A DNA stretch of 53,745 nucleotides, taken from IMG/VR virus record IMGVR_UViG_3300010400_000009, positions 1 to 53,745 of that record; one strand, 5' to 3'. The notes beneath the pieces were generated by a model that did not search any database, was not told where the DNA came from, and was given only the letters and a program-made list of their open reading frames with translations. The position numbers and the translations under genes were made by a program. This DNA comes from a virus. Its lineage: Duplodnaviria > Caudoviricetes. Position 1 is the first letter of the stretch, and each line of letters starts with the position of its first letter. Shown in pieces: positions 36,525 to 46,948 of this stretch.

Positions 36525-39500
36525 TTATGCCACTGTGAAAGTGAATGTTTTGCTTTGCTGTAAATATATAACTGATATATTTCTAGGAATAGCGACAATG
36601 CTTAATTGTGTACCGCTTGCATAACCAACATTTATATAATCGCTGTCTATATCTATGGTTGCGTTAGTTGTAATACTATTATATGTTGCCGCTATTTGTA
36701 ATGTTGCACCTAGGCAGTTTATATTTTCCCAAAATATCTGATTATTATTTAATAATGTCATATTATCTATATATGCAACTGTAACATTTGGTTCATCAGG
36801 AATTGAGACTATACCTTCAAGCCCATACTCTGCCGCATAATATTCTGCTATATCACGTATAGCCGTAATCTTAGCTTCGTAATTTTGTAACGGATTAATT
36901 GCAGTAATTCTATATCTAGAGCCAACATCTGCTTTAGGCGAACCCAAAAATATAAAGTCTTCGGGTATGCTTTCAAAATAACCACTATTAGTATTTAATG
37001 TATAATTATTATCTAAATAATAACTCGCAGCGTTACTATTCCAGTTAGTAATAATTTGCAGGCGGTTATTACTAGTAATAATTGTATTAAATGTTAGTAA
37101 TTCGCCTCTTGGCGTTTTTACTGCCATGTTATAGGCGGTATTTATTGGCTCGCTCAAAGTACATGAAACATCAATAAATTTAACAATGCCTGTATCAATA
37201 ATGAAGGCAGTAATCCGTCCGCTATCTGCCCATTTTGTTAAATCATGCGCCACTTTTATAACATCGCCACGCTCTAATACTAAGCTTTCCGTTCCTGTTT
37301 CAAACTCTAATATTTCTTTATGATAAAATTCACTAGCAGCCGCTAGCCTGCATTCTCTTATCGCTTGTGATGTGTTTGTAACGCCGTATAAATTAATACT
37401 AGCTGTATTTAGTGGATTAGTAACTAATGGTACATTGCTTCTTGTGCTAGCTGGCTGAAAATCATTGTCTCGGTCAATATATGTCATTACATATTCATCT
37501 GCATTTACTTTATTATCGTAACTTAATGTAAATGTTTTTGCTTTAATGTTTGACATACCAAAAATTGCAGTTACTGGGTCATCGGCTCTATGAAATACAA
37601 CGCTTATTTTGCCATTTCTAAGATGATAACTAGCACGTCCAATACTTGCTATTTCTGTAAGTATTTTGTAAGGCTCTTGCGTCCCGTCTAATTCTAAATC
37701 AATATATAACTCTTTTTCATCACAATATGTCGCCCAATCTGCTAATCTTTCAAAATCTATTAAATCATTGGTTACGCCAACGCCAAATATCTGGCTTTTA
37801 TTATTTGCGTGATAACCCAAAAACCAGCCGTCTCTATAAAGAGGGTGGTTTATTGGTGTATTTTCATTAAAATAACCGCCTAAAACAATATATAGATACC
37901 ACCACGCAGGATTGCGTGTTGTTTGCCACGCCCAGCCACGCCCATAAACTGCGGGTAAAAACTGCGTATCGCCTCCGCTAGATTGTAAAACCCATGTTTT
38001 CGCTTCTATTAATACGCTTAATCTATCAATAGAACCGCTTATTTGTTCACTTGCTTGAATTTGTAAAGCAATTCTATTTTGTGCTGGATATTTTATTAGT
38101 TGCTGATTAAATAAATTAATATTATCAATATTAATCTCTTCGTTTATATTACTATTGTTTGCGTCGGGAGTTATTTTCCTTACTGCTAATTCTATATTTT
38201 TATAAACGTTTGGTAATTGTTTATAATAAGTTTTAGTAAATAAATCGCTGTCATTGTTTGAAAGTGTAATATTGTCTAATAACTGCCAGCCGTTGCCATA
38301 TGGCAATTGCTGAGTTAAGCCTGCTACTTTTTCCCTAAAATATATTTCTACGCCAATTGCATAAGCTTCAATTTTGCCGTTAGTATCATTTAAGCGCATT
38401 AAACGCCCGCTAAAGTTTATTTCAATTGTATATACATAGCTTCCGCCTTCTCTGATAATCCAGCTTTGCTGCGGGTCTGTATCATTGCCGTTAAAATCTT
38501 TTGTACGTGATAAACTCGCACCATTTAATATTTCAATTTTTGTCGGATATGCCCCTAATTTTGTTACCCCATTATGCAGATGATTAAATAAACCTTGTTG
38601 TTCCGCTATAGTCGGGGCGTTTTGGTCGGGCGGTAATCCAAAATTTAAGTACCCTATGCCGTAACTATTGCTTATAGGATTAATACCCGCTCCGTCCCAT
38701 GTATAAGTAGGGTGGGCGGCTATAATTGCATTTGTGCTATTTTGTATGTTGTAGTTGTTTGTATTTGCTGTATTTACATAGTTAGCACCTGTATACGTGC
38801 TAACTCCACTATCTTGGTTTGCGTCATCAGGCTTAAAAGTAAATCTATCAATTTTAGCCTGCTTAAAATTTAATAATTTAATCTTGCCTATGCGGTAATC
38901 TGATATATTTAAATCGCCAAAACCTGCATTAAATAATTGTACTAACCTTTGCTGATTTTCAAATTTAAACGCCCCATAATATTGGATTACATTCATCATT
39001 TGCCCAGCACTGCCTGCGAAATTAATAGGCTCTGTACTATAAGCCGTAGTAAATTTGCCTGCGTATCCGTTCGGGTCTATCCAGTCGGGCATTATAAAAG
39101 CTGGCGGAGTTGTTGGAGTAGGGAACGTATTGCCAAACATACCTTTTGCACCTGAAAAGCCGATTGCAATTGCGAACGATTGCATTAAACGCTCAAAAGT
39201 CTGCACTTTTGTTATTTTACTTATTAGCCCGCCCCCTGCCCCCACTGGTTGCCGTGTTTCTTCATCTACAACTACCCATGTATATGGGGCTGTGTATTGG
39301 TCAAATTTATTAGGTTGGTTATAGGTTCTCTGCGGCCCAAAAAATGAATACGTAGAAGTTGTGATATTGCCTGTGCCTGCATCTGTAAAAGTTAAAACTT
39401 TAGTATATGTGGCACTTGCTAAAACTAGACTTGGTATAACTGTCGCCTTCATAAATGGAGCTAATGAAGGTATCAAAATCGGTGTACTATCGTCAATTAT

Positions 39501-40031
39501 ATAATCATTAAAAGAATTCTGACTAAAATCTGGGAATACCCGAACAGAGCCGATTATTAATTGCAATGGCTCATATGGTTTTAATTGATTATTGCCGCCT
39601 GTAATGCCATAATTCTTGCTAGTTTTGCTTTGTGCTTCATTGTTAATGCCATTGCTTGATTTTTTCTTAAGTAAAGCACTTAAAGCAAGATTAACCGCTA
39701 CAACTAATGCTAGCTTAACAAAGAATGCTATTACTGCATGTGCCTTTAAATAAGCTATAAATGCATAAAATGCGGTACTTATTGGTTCGGCAAGTAAATA
39801 TTCTATTTTTAATATATCATCATCATTTATTTTAGTCTCTTTAGCTTCTTGTTCAGTATAAAATAATCCGTTTAAATTTATGCTTATTTCGCCTATGATT
39901 AAGTTTTTTTTATCTAAGAAATCATATATATATGTATTAGTATCAACAATATAGCTTTCGGATATATGATTTTTAGCTAATTGGTCGGTTTTTGTTTGTA
40001 GTGTAAATTTAATCATATGAATAATAGGCAT
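36525..40031 (-). CDS. Tail tip/host-specificity protein (lambda I+J-like)
   Basis: NQLKPYEPLQLIIG, TRNPAWW, ERGDVIKVAHD; follows the NlpC gene. Confidence 0.85.
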   Translation of the reverse strand: MPIIHMIKFTLQTKTDQLAKNHISESYIVDTNTYIYDFLDKKNLIIGEISINLNGLFYTEQEAKETKINDDDILKIEYLLAEPISTAFYAFIAYLKAHAVIAFFVKLALVVAVNLALSALLKKKSSNGINNEAQSKTSKNYGITGGNNQLKPYEPLQLIIGSVRVFPDFSQNSFNDYIIDDSTPILIPSLAPFMKATVIPSLVLASATYTKVLTFTDAGTGNITTSTYSFFGPQRTYNQPNKFDQYTAPYTWVVVDEETRQPVGAGGGLISKITKVQTFERLMQSFAIAIGFSGAKGMFGNTFPTPTTPPAFIMPDWIDPNGYAGKFTTAYSTEPINFAGSAGQMMNVIQYYGAFKFENQQRLVQLFNAGFGDLNISDYRIGKIKLLNFKQAKIDRFTFKPDDANQDSGVSTYTGANYVNTANTNNYNIQNSTNAIIAAHPTYTWDGAGINPISNSYGIGYLNFGLPPDQNAPTIAEQQGLFNHLHNGVTKLGAYPTKIEILNGASLSRTKDFNGNDTDPQQSWIIREGGSYVYTIEINFSGRLMRLNDTNGKIEAYAIGVEIYFREKVAGLTQQLPYGNGWQLLDNITLSNNDSDLFTKTYYKQLPNVYKNIELAVRKITPDANNSNINEEINIDNINLFNQQLIKYPAQNRIALQIQASEQISGSIDRLSVLIEAKTWVLQSSGGDTQFLPAVYGRGWAWQTTRNPAWWYLYIVLGGYFNENTPINHPLYRDGWFLGYHANNKSQIFGVGVTNDLIDFERLADWATYCDEKELYIDLELDGTQEPYKILTEIASIGRASYHLRNGKISVVFHRADDPVTAIFGMSNIKAKTFTLSYDNKVNADEYVMTYIDRDNDFQPASTRSNVPLVTNPLNTASINLYGVTNTSQAIRECRLAAASEFYHKEILEFETGTESLVLERGDVIKVAHDLTKWADSGRITAFIIDTGIVKFIDVSCTLSEPINTAYNMAVKTPRGELLTFNTIITSNNRLQIITNWNSNAASYYLDNNYTLNTNSGYFESIPEDFIFLGSPKADVGSRYRITAINPLQNYEAKITAIRDIAEYYAAEYGLEGIVSIPDEPNVTVAYIDNMTLLNNNQIFWENINCLGATLQIAATYNSITTNATIDIDSDYINVGYASGTQLSIVAIPRNISVIYLQQSKTFTFTVA

Positions 40032-40377
40032 AAAATGGGTTTAATGTATAGACATCTTTTTTAGGTTGTAAAATAGCTGATTTAAAATCTTTATGGGCGT
40101 GCAATATAAATCCGTCTCTAATATCAACATAAACTCCAACATGCCCGATTGTTCCAGCTCTTGAATACATGATAACCGCACACTTATCTATTGGCACATC
40201 AATTTTGTTAGCATATTGAATGTTTTTAAATATTTCATTTTGTTTGTCTATATTATCTACAATATTACAATTAATATTTAAATCAATCCCTAACTCATCT
40301 TGCCAAACTTTCTTAAGCAATCCAGCACAATTAAAATCTTTATATGCATAAATAAGATATTTTTCATACCACATCAT
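40009..40377 (-). CDS. NlpC/P60 tail protein (K-like)
   Basis: FNCAGLL, HVGVY, ILHA. Confidence 0.85.
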   Translation of the reverse strand: MMWYEKYLIYAYKDFNCAGLLKKVWQDELGIDLNINCNIVDNIDKQNEIFKNIQYANKIDVPIDKCAVIMYSRAGTIGHVGVYVDIRDGFILHAHKDFKSAILQPKKDVYTLNPFYAYYSYD

Positions 40378-40841
40378 GAAAATAAGCCCTCGGCGGTTTC
40401 GGGTCTATATGAATATTTAACTGTTCTTGTATCTGTTAAATTATCGAAGTTTAAAGCTATGCTTATTGATGAAGTATCATTTTTTATCGCCCCAACATCA
40501 AATATATAACTATATTCAATAACATCAGGCGAACTACGCATTACTTGTTTTAATATAAGCCTTCCGCCTTTTAAGCCATGGGTTTGCCTTATCTTTGCGG
40601 ATATTTCGGGGTGGTTGTCAATAACCAAGCTAGCCGTCGGGTTTTGTTTATCGCCGCTATCAGGCAATTTAAAATTAAAACCTGCCTGCGTATATAAAGC
40701 TCCATTACTTGCAATATCAATATTATCATTTACTAATCTTAAAGTATTTGGTAATCCTGCATAATAAAGCTCTAATAATATAATCGGTTGTTCGCTTTTT
40801 GAAATTGCATGTATAGCATAATTAAATTCGGCAGACGGCAT
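40374..40841 (-). CDS. Minor tail protein (DUF1833/L-like)
   Basis: LRLVND.DI, FKLPD...ASLVIDN, SSPDVIE, TAEGLF. Confidence 0.8.
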   Translation of the reverse strand: MPSAEFNYAIHAISKSEQPIILLELYYAGLPNTLRLVNDNIDIASNGALYTQAGFNFKLPDSGDKQNPTASLVIDNHPEISAKIRQTHGLKGGRLILKQVMRSSPDVIEYSYIFDVGAIKNDTSSISIALNFDNLTDTRTVKYSYRPETAEGLFS

Positions 40842-40844
40842 ATA

Positions 40845-41213
40845 TTATTCCCAAACTTCTATTGTTAAATCAATCATATACCCGCCATTTAGTTGGTTAT
40901 ATTCCCCGTTATTTCCACCAGTATATTTGCCTCTATTACCTAGCCTAGCTTTTTGATATATTTGTGTTTTTGGATTTTTCCATATAAAAAATGATGTGCC
41001 TTGTTTTATATCATTTCTGTGCCATGCTCTAAACTGCTCATAATCTGCTAAATTTTCGGCGTAATACGTGGCTGAATAACTAGTTTTTAATTGGCTATTG
41101 ATTACGCCTACCTTCTCGTATCCGTCTTCAAACGTAGTAACAAAAACATTAGGCTCTGTGCTTTCTTTTAAATCGGGAGTTTGTAAGAATAAATAATTAG
41201 GGAATTCTGCCAT
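40845..41213 (-). CDS. Distal/minor tail protein
   Basis: Immediately after the tape measure gene; TTFEDG, FFIWKNP. Confidence 0.7.
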   Translation of the reverse strand: MAEFPNYLFLQTPDLKESTEPNVFVTTFEDGYEKVGVINSQLKTSYSATYYAENLADYEQFRAWHRNDIKQGTSFFIWKNPKTQIYQKARLGNRGKYTGGNNGEYNQLNGGYMIDLTIEVWE

Positions 41214-44200
41214 TATGCACCTTTAAAATAACGCCCGACTTCGCCCACTTGGTCGATGTCGTCTATAATTACAGACAATACACTTTCTTTAAATAATCTA
41301 GCTCTATCTACTTGCACTCTGCTATTATTATTGTTTATAACTTCAACTTTTATATTTAAACCTTGATTGTTGGCACTATTTGTATTACTATTAGTGCCTA
41401 TTGGTTGCGTGTTGTTTGCCCCTGCAACCAATCCGCCCTCTGCGTATCCTTTTAAACTGCGTATTTTATTTTCTATTTTTTTACCAAAAGTAGGGAATGT
41501 ATTATTTTTTAACTCATTTAGAAAATCTAAACCTAAGGAATTTGTGCTGGCTTTATTTATAACGTAAGAACCTCTTTTAAGCAATCCTGCCTCTTGATAT
41601 TTACCGCCATTGCCTGTATATCCATTTAAATAATCTAGGTTTGATTTCCCTATTTTTGCTACCTCATCAGGAGTAAATACAAATTCGCCTTTATGCCCAA
41701 TACCGCCGATGTTTCCTAAGGGTTCATCTGCTAAACCGCCTGTTGCTCTACCTATGCCGTCTAAGCTAGTTGTCCCGCTACCATATGCCCCAAAGCCGTT
41801 AGATTTTAAATTAGTTCTAAATGTTGCACTTGCTAATAAATCTATAAACAGCCCTGCTATTTGGTTTGTTAAAGCTTTTTGTAAAAGCTGCTGTATCCCT
41901 TCTAATATACTTTGAGTTAAGCGCTTAATTGCTCTAATACCTCGATTGCTTCCGCTTTCTAACTCCGTAAATGCGTTTGTAATTGCACCTATACCAATTT
42001 CGCCTAAATCTTTAAATATATTTTTTAAGTTTTGAAATTCTAAAAGTTTAGTTTTAAATTCATCAATAGAAATTTTAAGATTACTTATGCTTTCTAAATT
42101 TTTATTTATTACATCATCAGTTGCAATTAATTCATCTACATTAATATTATTATTAGTAGTGCGGATTGTTTTTTCACGCTCAATATTTGCCTGCTTCAAT
42201 CGCTCTATTTCTGCTAATTGCACGGGTATTTTTTGCTTTTCTAAATCAAGTAATCTCTTTTGTGCCTGCTCTTGCAAATTTGTAGCGTTAAATGTTTCTG
42301 CAAATGCAGATAATGGGCTACTTGCTATGTTTTGTTGTTTATCTAAATTAATTTTAGTTTGAAGTTCTTTTATATTTCTATCAACTAATTCTAAGGATAA
42401 TTTCCCTTTAATTTCGGGTATATTTAGTTCTTTTTTGTTTTTATCATATTGTAACCCTGTTTTTTTATTATTATAGTCAATATCTAAAACTTGAATTTGT
42501 CCAAATAAATCTATTTTTTTTGCGATAATACTATCCCGCTCTTTTTGGATTTTTGCCAATCCAGCAGTATCTGTTATGCCTTCTTGTATGCGGTTTAATT
42601 CTGCTAAATCCTCATTTAATTGCGTTATTTGTTTAACAAGATTATTTTTTTTACTTTGTGTTTCTGCCGTTAGGTTACCTAATGCTTGCAAATAATAAGT
42701 TTGTGCCGATACCAGCCCATCGCTTAAATTACGTGATAATTCTTGAGACTGCCCGCTTAGGTTAGCAATAAATTTGTCATTATCAACTTTTATTTGTGCA
42801 AATAAAATTTGCCTACTATCCCTTAGTTTTTGTAATGACGCTAATATTTCTTTGTTTTGCTGGTCTTGCCCTTTATCTTTGCTTATTTTTGAGAAATCTA
42901 CGCTTCGCCCGCCTGTAGTAGCTGGCTTTGCTGGTGCTTGCAATAAATTATTATATCCTTTTGCCTCATCAATTCTAAATTGACGTGTAGCGTCCGCTTG
43001 CTCTTTTAATTTCTCGGCATTTAATGTGTCAATTTTAAAGTTAAATGCGTCTGCAAAATAACGCTTAATTTTATTAGCAATATCACGTGCTAAATTGCCT
43101 ATATATTCAAATGCTTTTTGAAAGCCGCCTATAATATCTATGCCGAATAAATTACCGAAATCTTGTATATCTTTTTTAATATTATTAAATAAATATGTGC
43201 CGAACTTCCCTATCTCATTAAAGGCGTAACCAAAAACATTAGCAATTTCATTCGCCGTTTGTGATATTCCTTGCCCAATTGCAATAAAATAGTTTTTAAT
43301 ACCATTAAACACAAGTAAAAATCTATCTGAAACAAAGTCTGCAACCGCAACTAAAGCGTCTTTTATAAAGCTGAATGTTGCGGATATAACTTGCGTAAGT
43401 GTTCGTGTTTGGTCGCCTATAGTTATAAATGTGGTATCAAATATATTTTTAACTTTATCAATTGCGGGCGGAATTAATAAAGCTCCTGCGACCAATAAAC
43501 CTATGCCAGCGGTTACTCCTGCAATAATTGGCAATACTGGTGCTAGTGCTGTGTATAATGCTGTGCCAAACGCTGCTATTGAAGGAATAGACGCTAACGC
43601 ACTCACAGCAACCGCTCCAAATAATCCAATAATAGCAGTTAAACCGCCAATAACAACTAATGTAATCTTAGGGAATTCATTTGTAAAATCTGTTATTGCT
43701 TTTATTGCTGTAGATAAACCTTGAATTAGCGGGCTGATTAGTGGTAAAAAACTATCGCCAATAGATACGCCAAATTCGCTAAAGTTATTTTTTAATATTT
43801 GAAACTGTTTAGCTATACTATCTAAACTGGCAGCATATGCTTTATTTACATTGCCCGCATAATCTGCGACGTTGGCAACCTTAGTTTGTGCAATATTATA
43901 TTGTTCTAAGTTGGTTAGAAGTTTTAATATTGCCTGTGTCTCTTCCCCTGCTGACCCAAAAAGAGTAGCTACCGCATTGTTACGGCTTAGTTTATCTAGC
44001 CCCGCTAATTTACTTAGCAATAAATTTAATGCACCTTGCCCGTCGGTTGTCGCTAGTTTTGAAAAGTCTTTTAAATTAAGTCCAAGTTTAACTATACCTT
44101 CCCTAAAATCCTTGGTTTGTACTTGTGCTGTGCTTAATTTCAACAACATACTATTAATTGCAGTAGCCGCAACTTCGGGAGCACTACCAAAACTTAATAA

Positions 44201-45049
44201 TGAAGCACCAAGAGCGGCTAACTGCTGGGCGGTTAAACCTAAAGCTTGTGCAGCACCTGCTGACCTTTGTACAACATTTATTAAATCACGTTCGGTTACT
44301 TTAGCGGTTGTATCCGCTAACTTATTGATTGCATCGCCAACTAAACGCAATTGCTCTATATTTAAATTATATACATTGCTTATTGCACCAAATGCATTGG
44401 TTGCCGCTTCGGGTAATATTTCAAAAGCTGACGCAACTTGTGATATTAAAAAAGTATATTCTTTTAGTTGTGAAGTCGGGATATTTGCTTGTACTCCGCC
44501 CTTTGCAATTTCTGCTAATTCTGCGGTAGTTAAAGGAATTTGACGAGATAAATCGAGTAAGTCGCTTTTAATTCCGTCTAAAGCTTTATTATCAAAAGAG
44601 CCTATTTGATTAATACCAACTATTGCGTCATGCAATTTTATCGCTTCGCCTGTAGCCGTTGCTAAACCTAAACTTAAAGCACTAAAAGCTATCCCCGAAC
44701 TAACTGCTAAAAATGCGGTTACTTCTTGAGTTAAGCCTTTTAACTCATTGTTTAATTCTTTGGTTTTTTTCTGTAATTCTTGGTTGGCTTTTCTTAATTC
44801 ATTTAAGCTTAGAACGCCTGTATCTTCTAATGCTTTGTAACTATCTTGTAATAGTTTTATTTCCGCTCTTATTGTATTATCAGGCTTCACGTCAAAAGCG
44901 CGCTGCAAGGTTTTAGCAGCGGCCGCAAGCTGTGCGTCTGTGCCTTTTGTAGTAGATTGTAGATTTTTTAACGCATTATCAACACGTTTAATATTTGCAT
45001 TAAAGCGTTCAACGTCTATTAATAACGAGCTTTGTACATCATATGTCAT
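41213..45049 (-). CDS. Tape measure protein (TP901 family core)
   Basis: 1278 aa, helical Ala/Gly-rich core, C-terminal ATGG/YAEGG motifs. Confidence 0.92.
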   Translation of the reverse strand: MTYDVQSSLLIDVERFNANIKRVDNALKNLQSTTKGTDAQLAAAAKTLQRAFDVKPDNTIRAEIKLLQDSYKALEDTGVLSLNELRKANQELQKKTKELNNELKGLTQEVTAFLAVSSGIAFSALSLGLATATGEAIKLHDAIVGINQIGSFDNKALDGIKSDLLDLSRQIPLTTAELAEIAKGGVQANIPTSQLKEYTFLISQVASAFEILPEAATNAFGAISNVYNLNIEQLRLVGDAINKLADTTAKVTERDLINVVQRSAGAAQALGLTAQQLAALGASLLSFGSAPEVAATAINSMLLKLSTAQVQTKDFREGIVKLGLNLKDFSKLATTDGQGALNLLLSKLAGLDKLSRNNAVATLFGSAGEETQAILKLLTNLEQYNIAQTKVANVADYAGNVNKAYAASLDSIAKQFQILKNNFSEFGVSIGDSFLPLISPLIQGLSTAIKAITDFTNEFPKITLVVIGGLTAIIGLFGAVAVSALASIPSIAAFGTALYTALAPVLPIIAGVTAGIGLLVAGALLIPPAIDKVKNIFDTTFITIGDQTRTLTQVISATFSFIKDALVAVADFVSDRFLLVFNGIKNYFIAIGQGISQTANEIANVFGYAFNEIGKFGTYLFNNIKKDIQDFGNLFGIDIIGGFQKAFEYIGNLARDIANKIKRYFADAFNFKIDTLNAEKLKEQADATRQFRIDEAKGYNNLLQAPAKPATTGGRSVDFSKISKDKGQDQQNKEILASLQKLRDSRQILFAQIKVDNDKFIANLSGQSQELSRNLSDGLVSAQTYYLQALGNLTAETQSKKNNLVKQITQLNEDLAELNRIQEGITDTAGLAKIQKERDSIIAKKIDLFGQIQVLDIDYNNKKTGLQYDKNKKELNIPEIKGKLSLELVDRNIKELQTKINLDKQQNIASSPLSAFAETFNATNLQEQAQKRLLDLEKQKIPVQLAEIERLKQANIEREKTIRTTNNNINVDELIATDDVINKNLESISNLKISIDEFKTKLLEFQNLKNIFKDLGEIGIGAITNAFTELESGSNRGIRAIKRLTQSILEGIQQLLQKALTNQIAGLFIDLLASATFRTNLKSNGFGAYGSGTTSLDGIGRATGGLADEPLGNIGGIGHKGEFVFTPDEVAKIGKSNLDYLNGYTGNGGKYQEAGLLKRGSYVINKASTNSLGLDFLNELKNNTFPTFGKKIENKIRSLKGYAEGGLVAGANNTQPIGTNSNTNSANNQGLNIKVEVINNNNSRVQVDRARLFKESVLSVIIDDIDQVGEVGRYFKGA

Positions 45050-45327
45050 AATAATAAATCTTTTATATGTTTCTCAAAATCATCAGTTTTCATATTCCCC
45101 ATGCCCGTTGCTGTAGAATAAACATCTTTAACTACTGCTTTTTGCTCTTCTTCATGCACCAATTCAAGATATAAGCATAATTCATCGGCTGTGTAACTTT
45201 CTATGTCTTTTTGAGAATGCCCGTATTTTTTTAGTTTATTAAGATGACCTAAGAATTGCTTGTGTTCTTGCTCTGAATTGCTTTTGTTAGAATATTGGTT
45301 GCTAGGTGCGTTTTTGCCAACTTTCCC
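45046..45327 (-). CDS. -1 frameshift extension (gpGT-like) of the tail assembly chaperone
   Basis: G GGA AAG slippery site at 45321-45327. The -1 frame stays open to a TGA overlapping the tape measure ATG and encodes GHSQKDIESYTADELCLYLE. Confidence 0.85.
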   Translation of the reverse strand, partial: GKVGKNAPSNQYSNKSNSEQEHKQFLGHLNKLKKYGHSQKDIESYTADELCLYLELVHEEEQKAVVKDVYSTATGMGNMKTDDFEKHIKDLLL

Positions 45328-45716
45328 TTAAAATAGTCCTCATTTTTCATGATAATATTAGTACATATTTCTAATATTTCTTCATCATTTAAAGCTTCTA
45401 TTAACTGGGTTTGCTGATATGCTGTCAATTCGTTTAATAAAACCTTAACATCATTTTTAAATCTTAAATTATCCTCAAGCAAATTTAAAAATTCAGTTGT
45501 TAAAGTAATCAGTATTAAATCTTGACTACTTAAAGCTTCGGGCTGTAAAACATTTCTAATACTTTGTAATATTTTACTAATTAAAGTACCATGTCTTGCG
45601 GGTAAAATAACATCGATAGCAAACTCTTTGTCATTCATTGAATGATAAAATCCCCTATTTGCTACATTTAATTTATGTTGTTTTGCGGCTTCACTTAATA
45701 ATAATTCATCTGTCAT
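45249..45716 (-). CDS. Tail assembly chaperone (gpG-like)
   Basis: Upstream of the tape measure gene and contains the slippery heptamer in frame. Confidence 0.8.
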   Translation of the reverse strand: MTDELLLSEAAKQHKLNVANRGFYHSMNDKEFAIDVILPARHGTLISKILQSIRNVLQPEALSSQDLILITLTTEFLNLLEDNLRFKNDVKVLLNELTAYQQTQLIEALNDEEILEICTNIIMKNEDYFKGKLAKTHLATNILTKAIQSKNTSNS

Positions 45717-45740
45717 ATTTAGCTCCTTAATATCTTTAAA

Positions 45741-46019
45741 TTATATCGTATTAAGTATAGTATTGGATATAGCAGACTTCCTTTTTTCTTTAACATATGG
45801 ATAAATTAAATTAAAATCTTGTAATCTATCGCCTGTATAGCTTAATCCATTGCTTTGTAATAAGGTAAATCCTTCTAAAAGTACAGCATTAAGCCATTCA
45901 TCTACGCCTTGATTAACAATTGCGTTCAAGTATATATTTAATCCGTTATTATCGGAATTAGGCAATCTTTCTCTTAACATTGCCTCGGTTATTTCGTCGA
46001 TTTCGATTTCAATTTTCAT
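45741..46019 (-). CDS. Hypothetical protein
   Basis: ORF in the tail operon. Confidence 0.6.
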   Translation of the reverse strand: MKIEIEIDEITEAMLRERLPNSDNNGLNIYLNAIVNQGVDEWLNAVLLEGFTLLQSNGLSYTGDRLQDFNLIYPYVKEKRKSAISNTILNTI

Positions 46020-46030
46020 AATAATATGTC

Positions 46031-46948
46031 TTATGTTGGATTAATACATTGTAGCGTAAAGAAACTATCGTAAGACAACATAGAGCCTAAATTTGACCCT
46101 GTACCTAATTTAAATTCTATAGTTGCATTTGCTGGCACATTAAAACTTGCTGATGATACTATCACAGTGCTGAATGAATTTATAGGAATATTAATATAAC
46201 TCATACCCATTAAAGCACTATTGCATAATAAAGAATTTTGCAAAGTAACCAATAACGAACCGCTATTGTTTGAAACTACCGCAACTCCTGTGGCTGTATA
46301 TCTACCAGCAACAGCACAAACTAAATAAGGATTAACGCCGTTTGCTGTATAAGTAACGCTTAATTTATCGGTAGAGCTTGAATGTGCTGACTTTAACCAA
46401 CTTTCATTTGCCGACATTGCAACTGTTCCGCCATAATTATTATAACTACGCCAAAAAGGCAGCGCATTTTGCTTTACGTATGGGAATGTGCCGTTTTGGT
46501 TAGTAGTTATGGCTGTATTAGTTATTGTACCGCCCGTAACTGCTGGTGCTGAAAATGTACCACCTGTAACTGCTGGCGTGGTAATGGTCGGGCTTGATAG
46601 TGTAGGAGTTGTTAAAGTAGGGCTGACTAAATTAGCATTGTTTACAACAAAGTTCCAGTTATTGCCGTTTTTTGTATATAAATTTCTTGCTAAACTGCCC
46701 CTGCCCACTAAAATTAAGCCGTCGCCCGAGTAACTTCGCCATGTAGAATTTACAAATACGTTATATGTGCCGTTGCTTATATTCGCCCATGCCGTGCCGT
46801 TGCTTGGCGTGCTGGGCTGGCTTGATTGTACAAAGTCTACAACTCTAACTAATAAATCGCCTATAATTTGCATTTCTTGGTTATAATCCCAACTTTGCCC
46901 ATTAGTATAATTTAAATCTAGATTTGTAGTAGGGTGTAGCGTAGGCAT
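46031..46948 (-). CDS. Fibre-like structural protein (DUF2793-like N-terminus, Thr/Pro repeats)
   Basis: QSSQPSTPSNGTAW; TPTLSSPTITTPAVTGGT repeats. Confidence 0.5.
   Translation of the reverse strand: MPTLHPTTNLDLNYTNGQSWDYNQEMQIIGDLLVRVVDFVQSSQPSTPSNGTAWANISNGTYNVFVNSTWRSYSGDGLILVGRGSLARNLYTKNGNNWNFVVNNANLVSPTLTTPTLSSPTITTPAVTGGTFSAPAVTGGTITNTAITTNQNGTFPYVKQNALPFWRSYNNYGGTVAMSANESWLKSAHSSSTDKLSVTYTANGVNPYLVCAVAGRYTATGVAVVSNNSGSLLVTLQNSLLCNSALMGMSYINIPINSFSTVIVSSASFNVPANATIEFKLGTGSNLGSMLSYDSFFTLQCINPT

Noticed and set aside
43872-44543. 223-aa plus-strand ORF and similar antisense ORFs within portal, methyltransferase, tape measure and tail genes
   Set aside because: They are fully nested opposite well-supported genes and carry no recognisable motifs.
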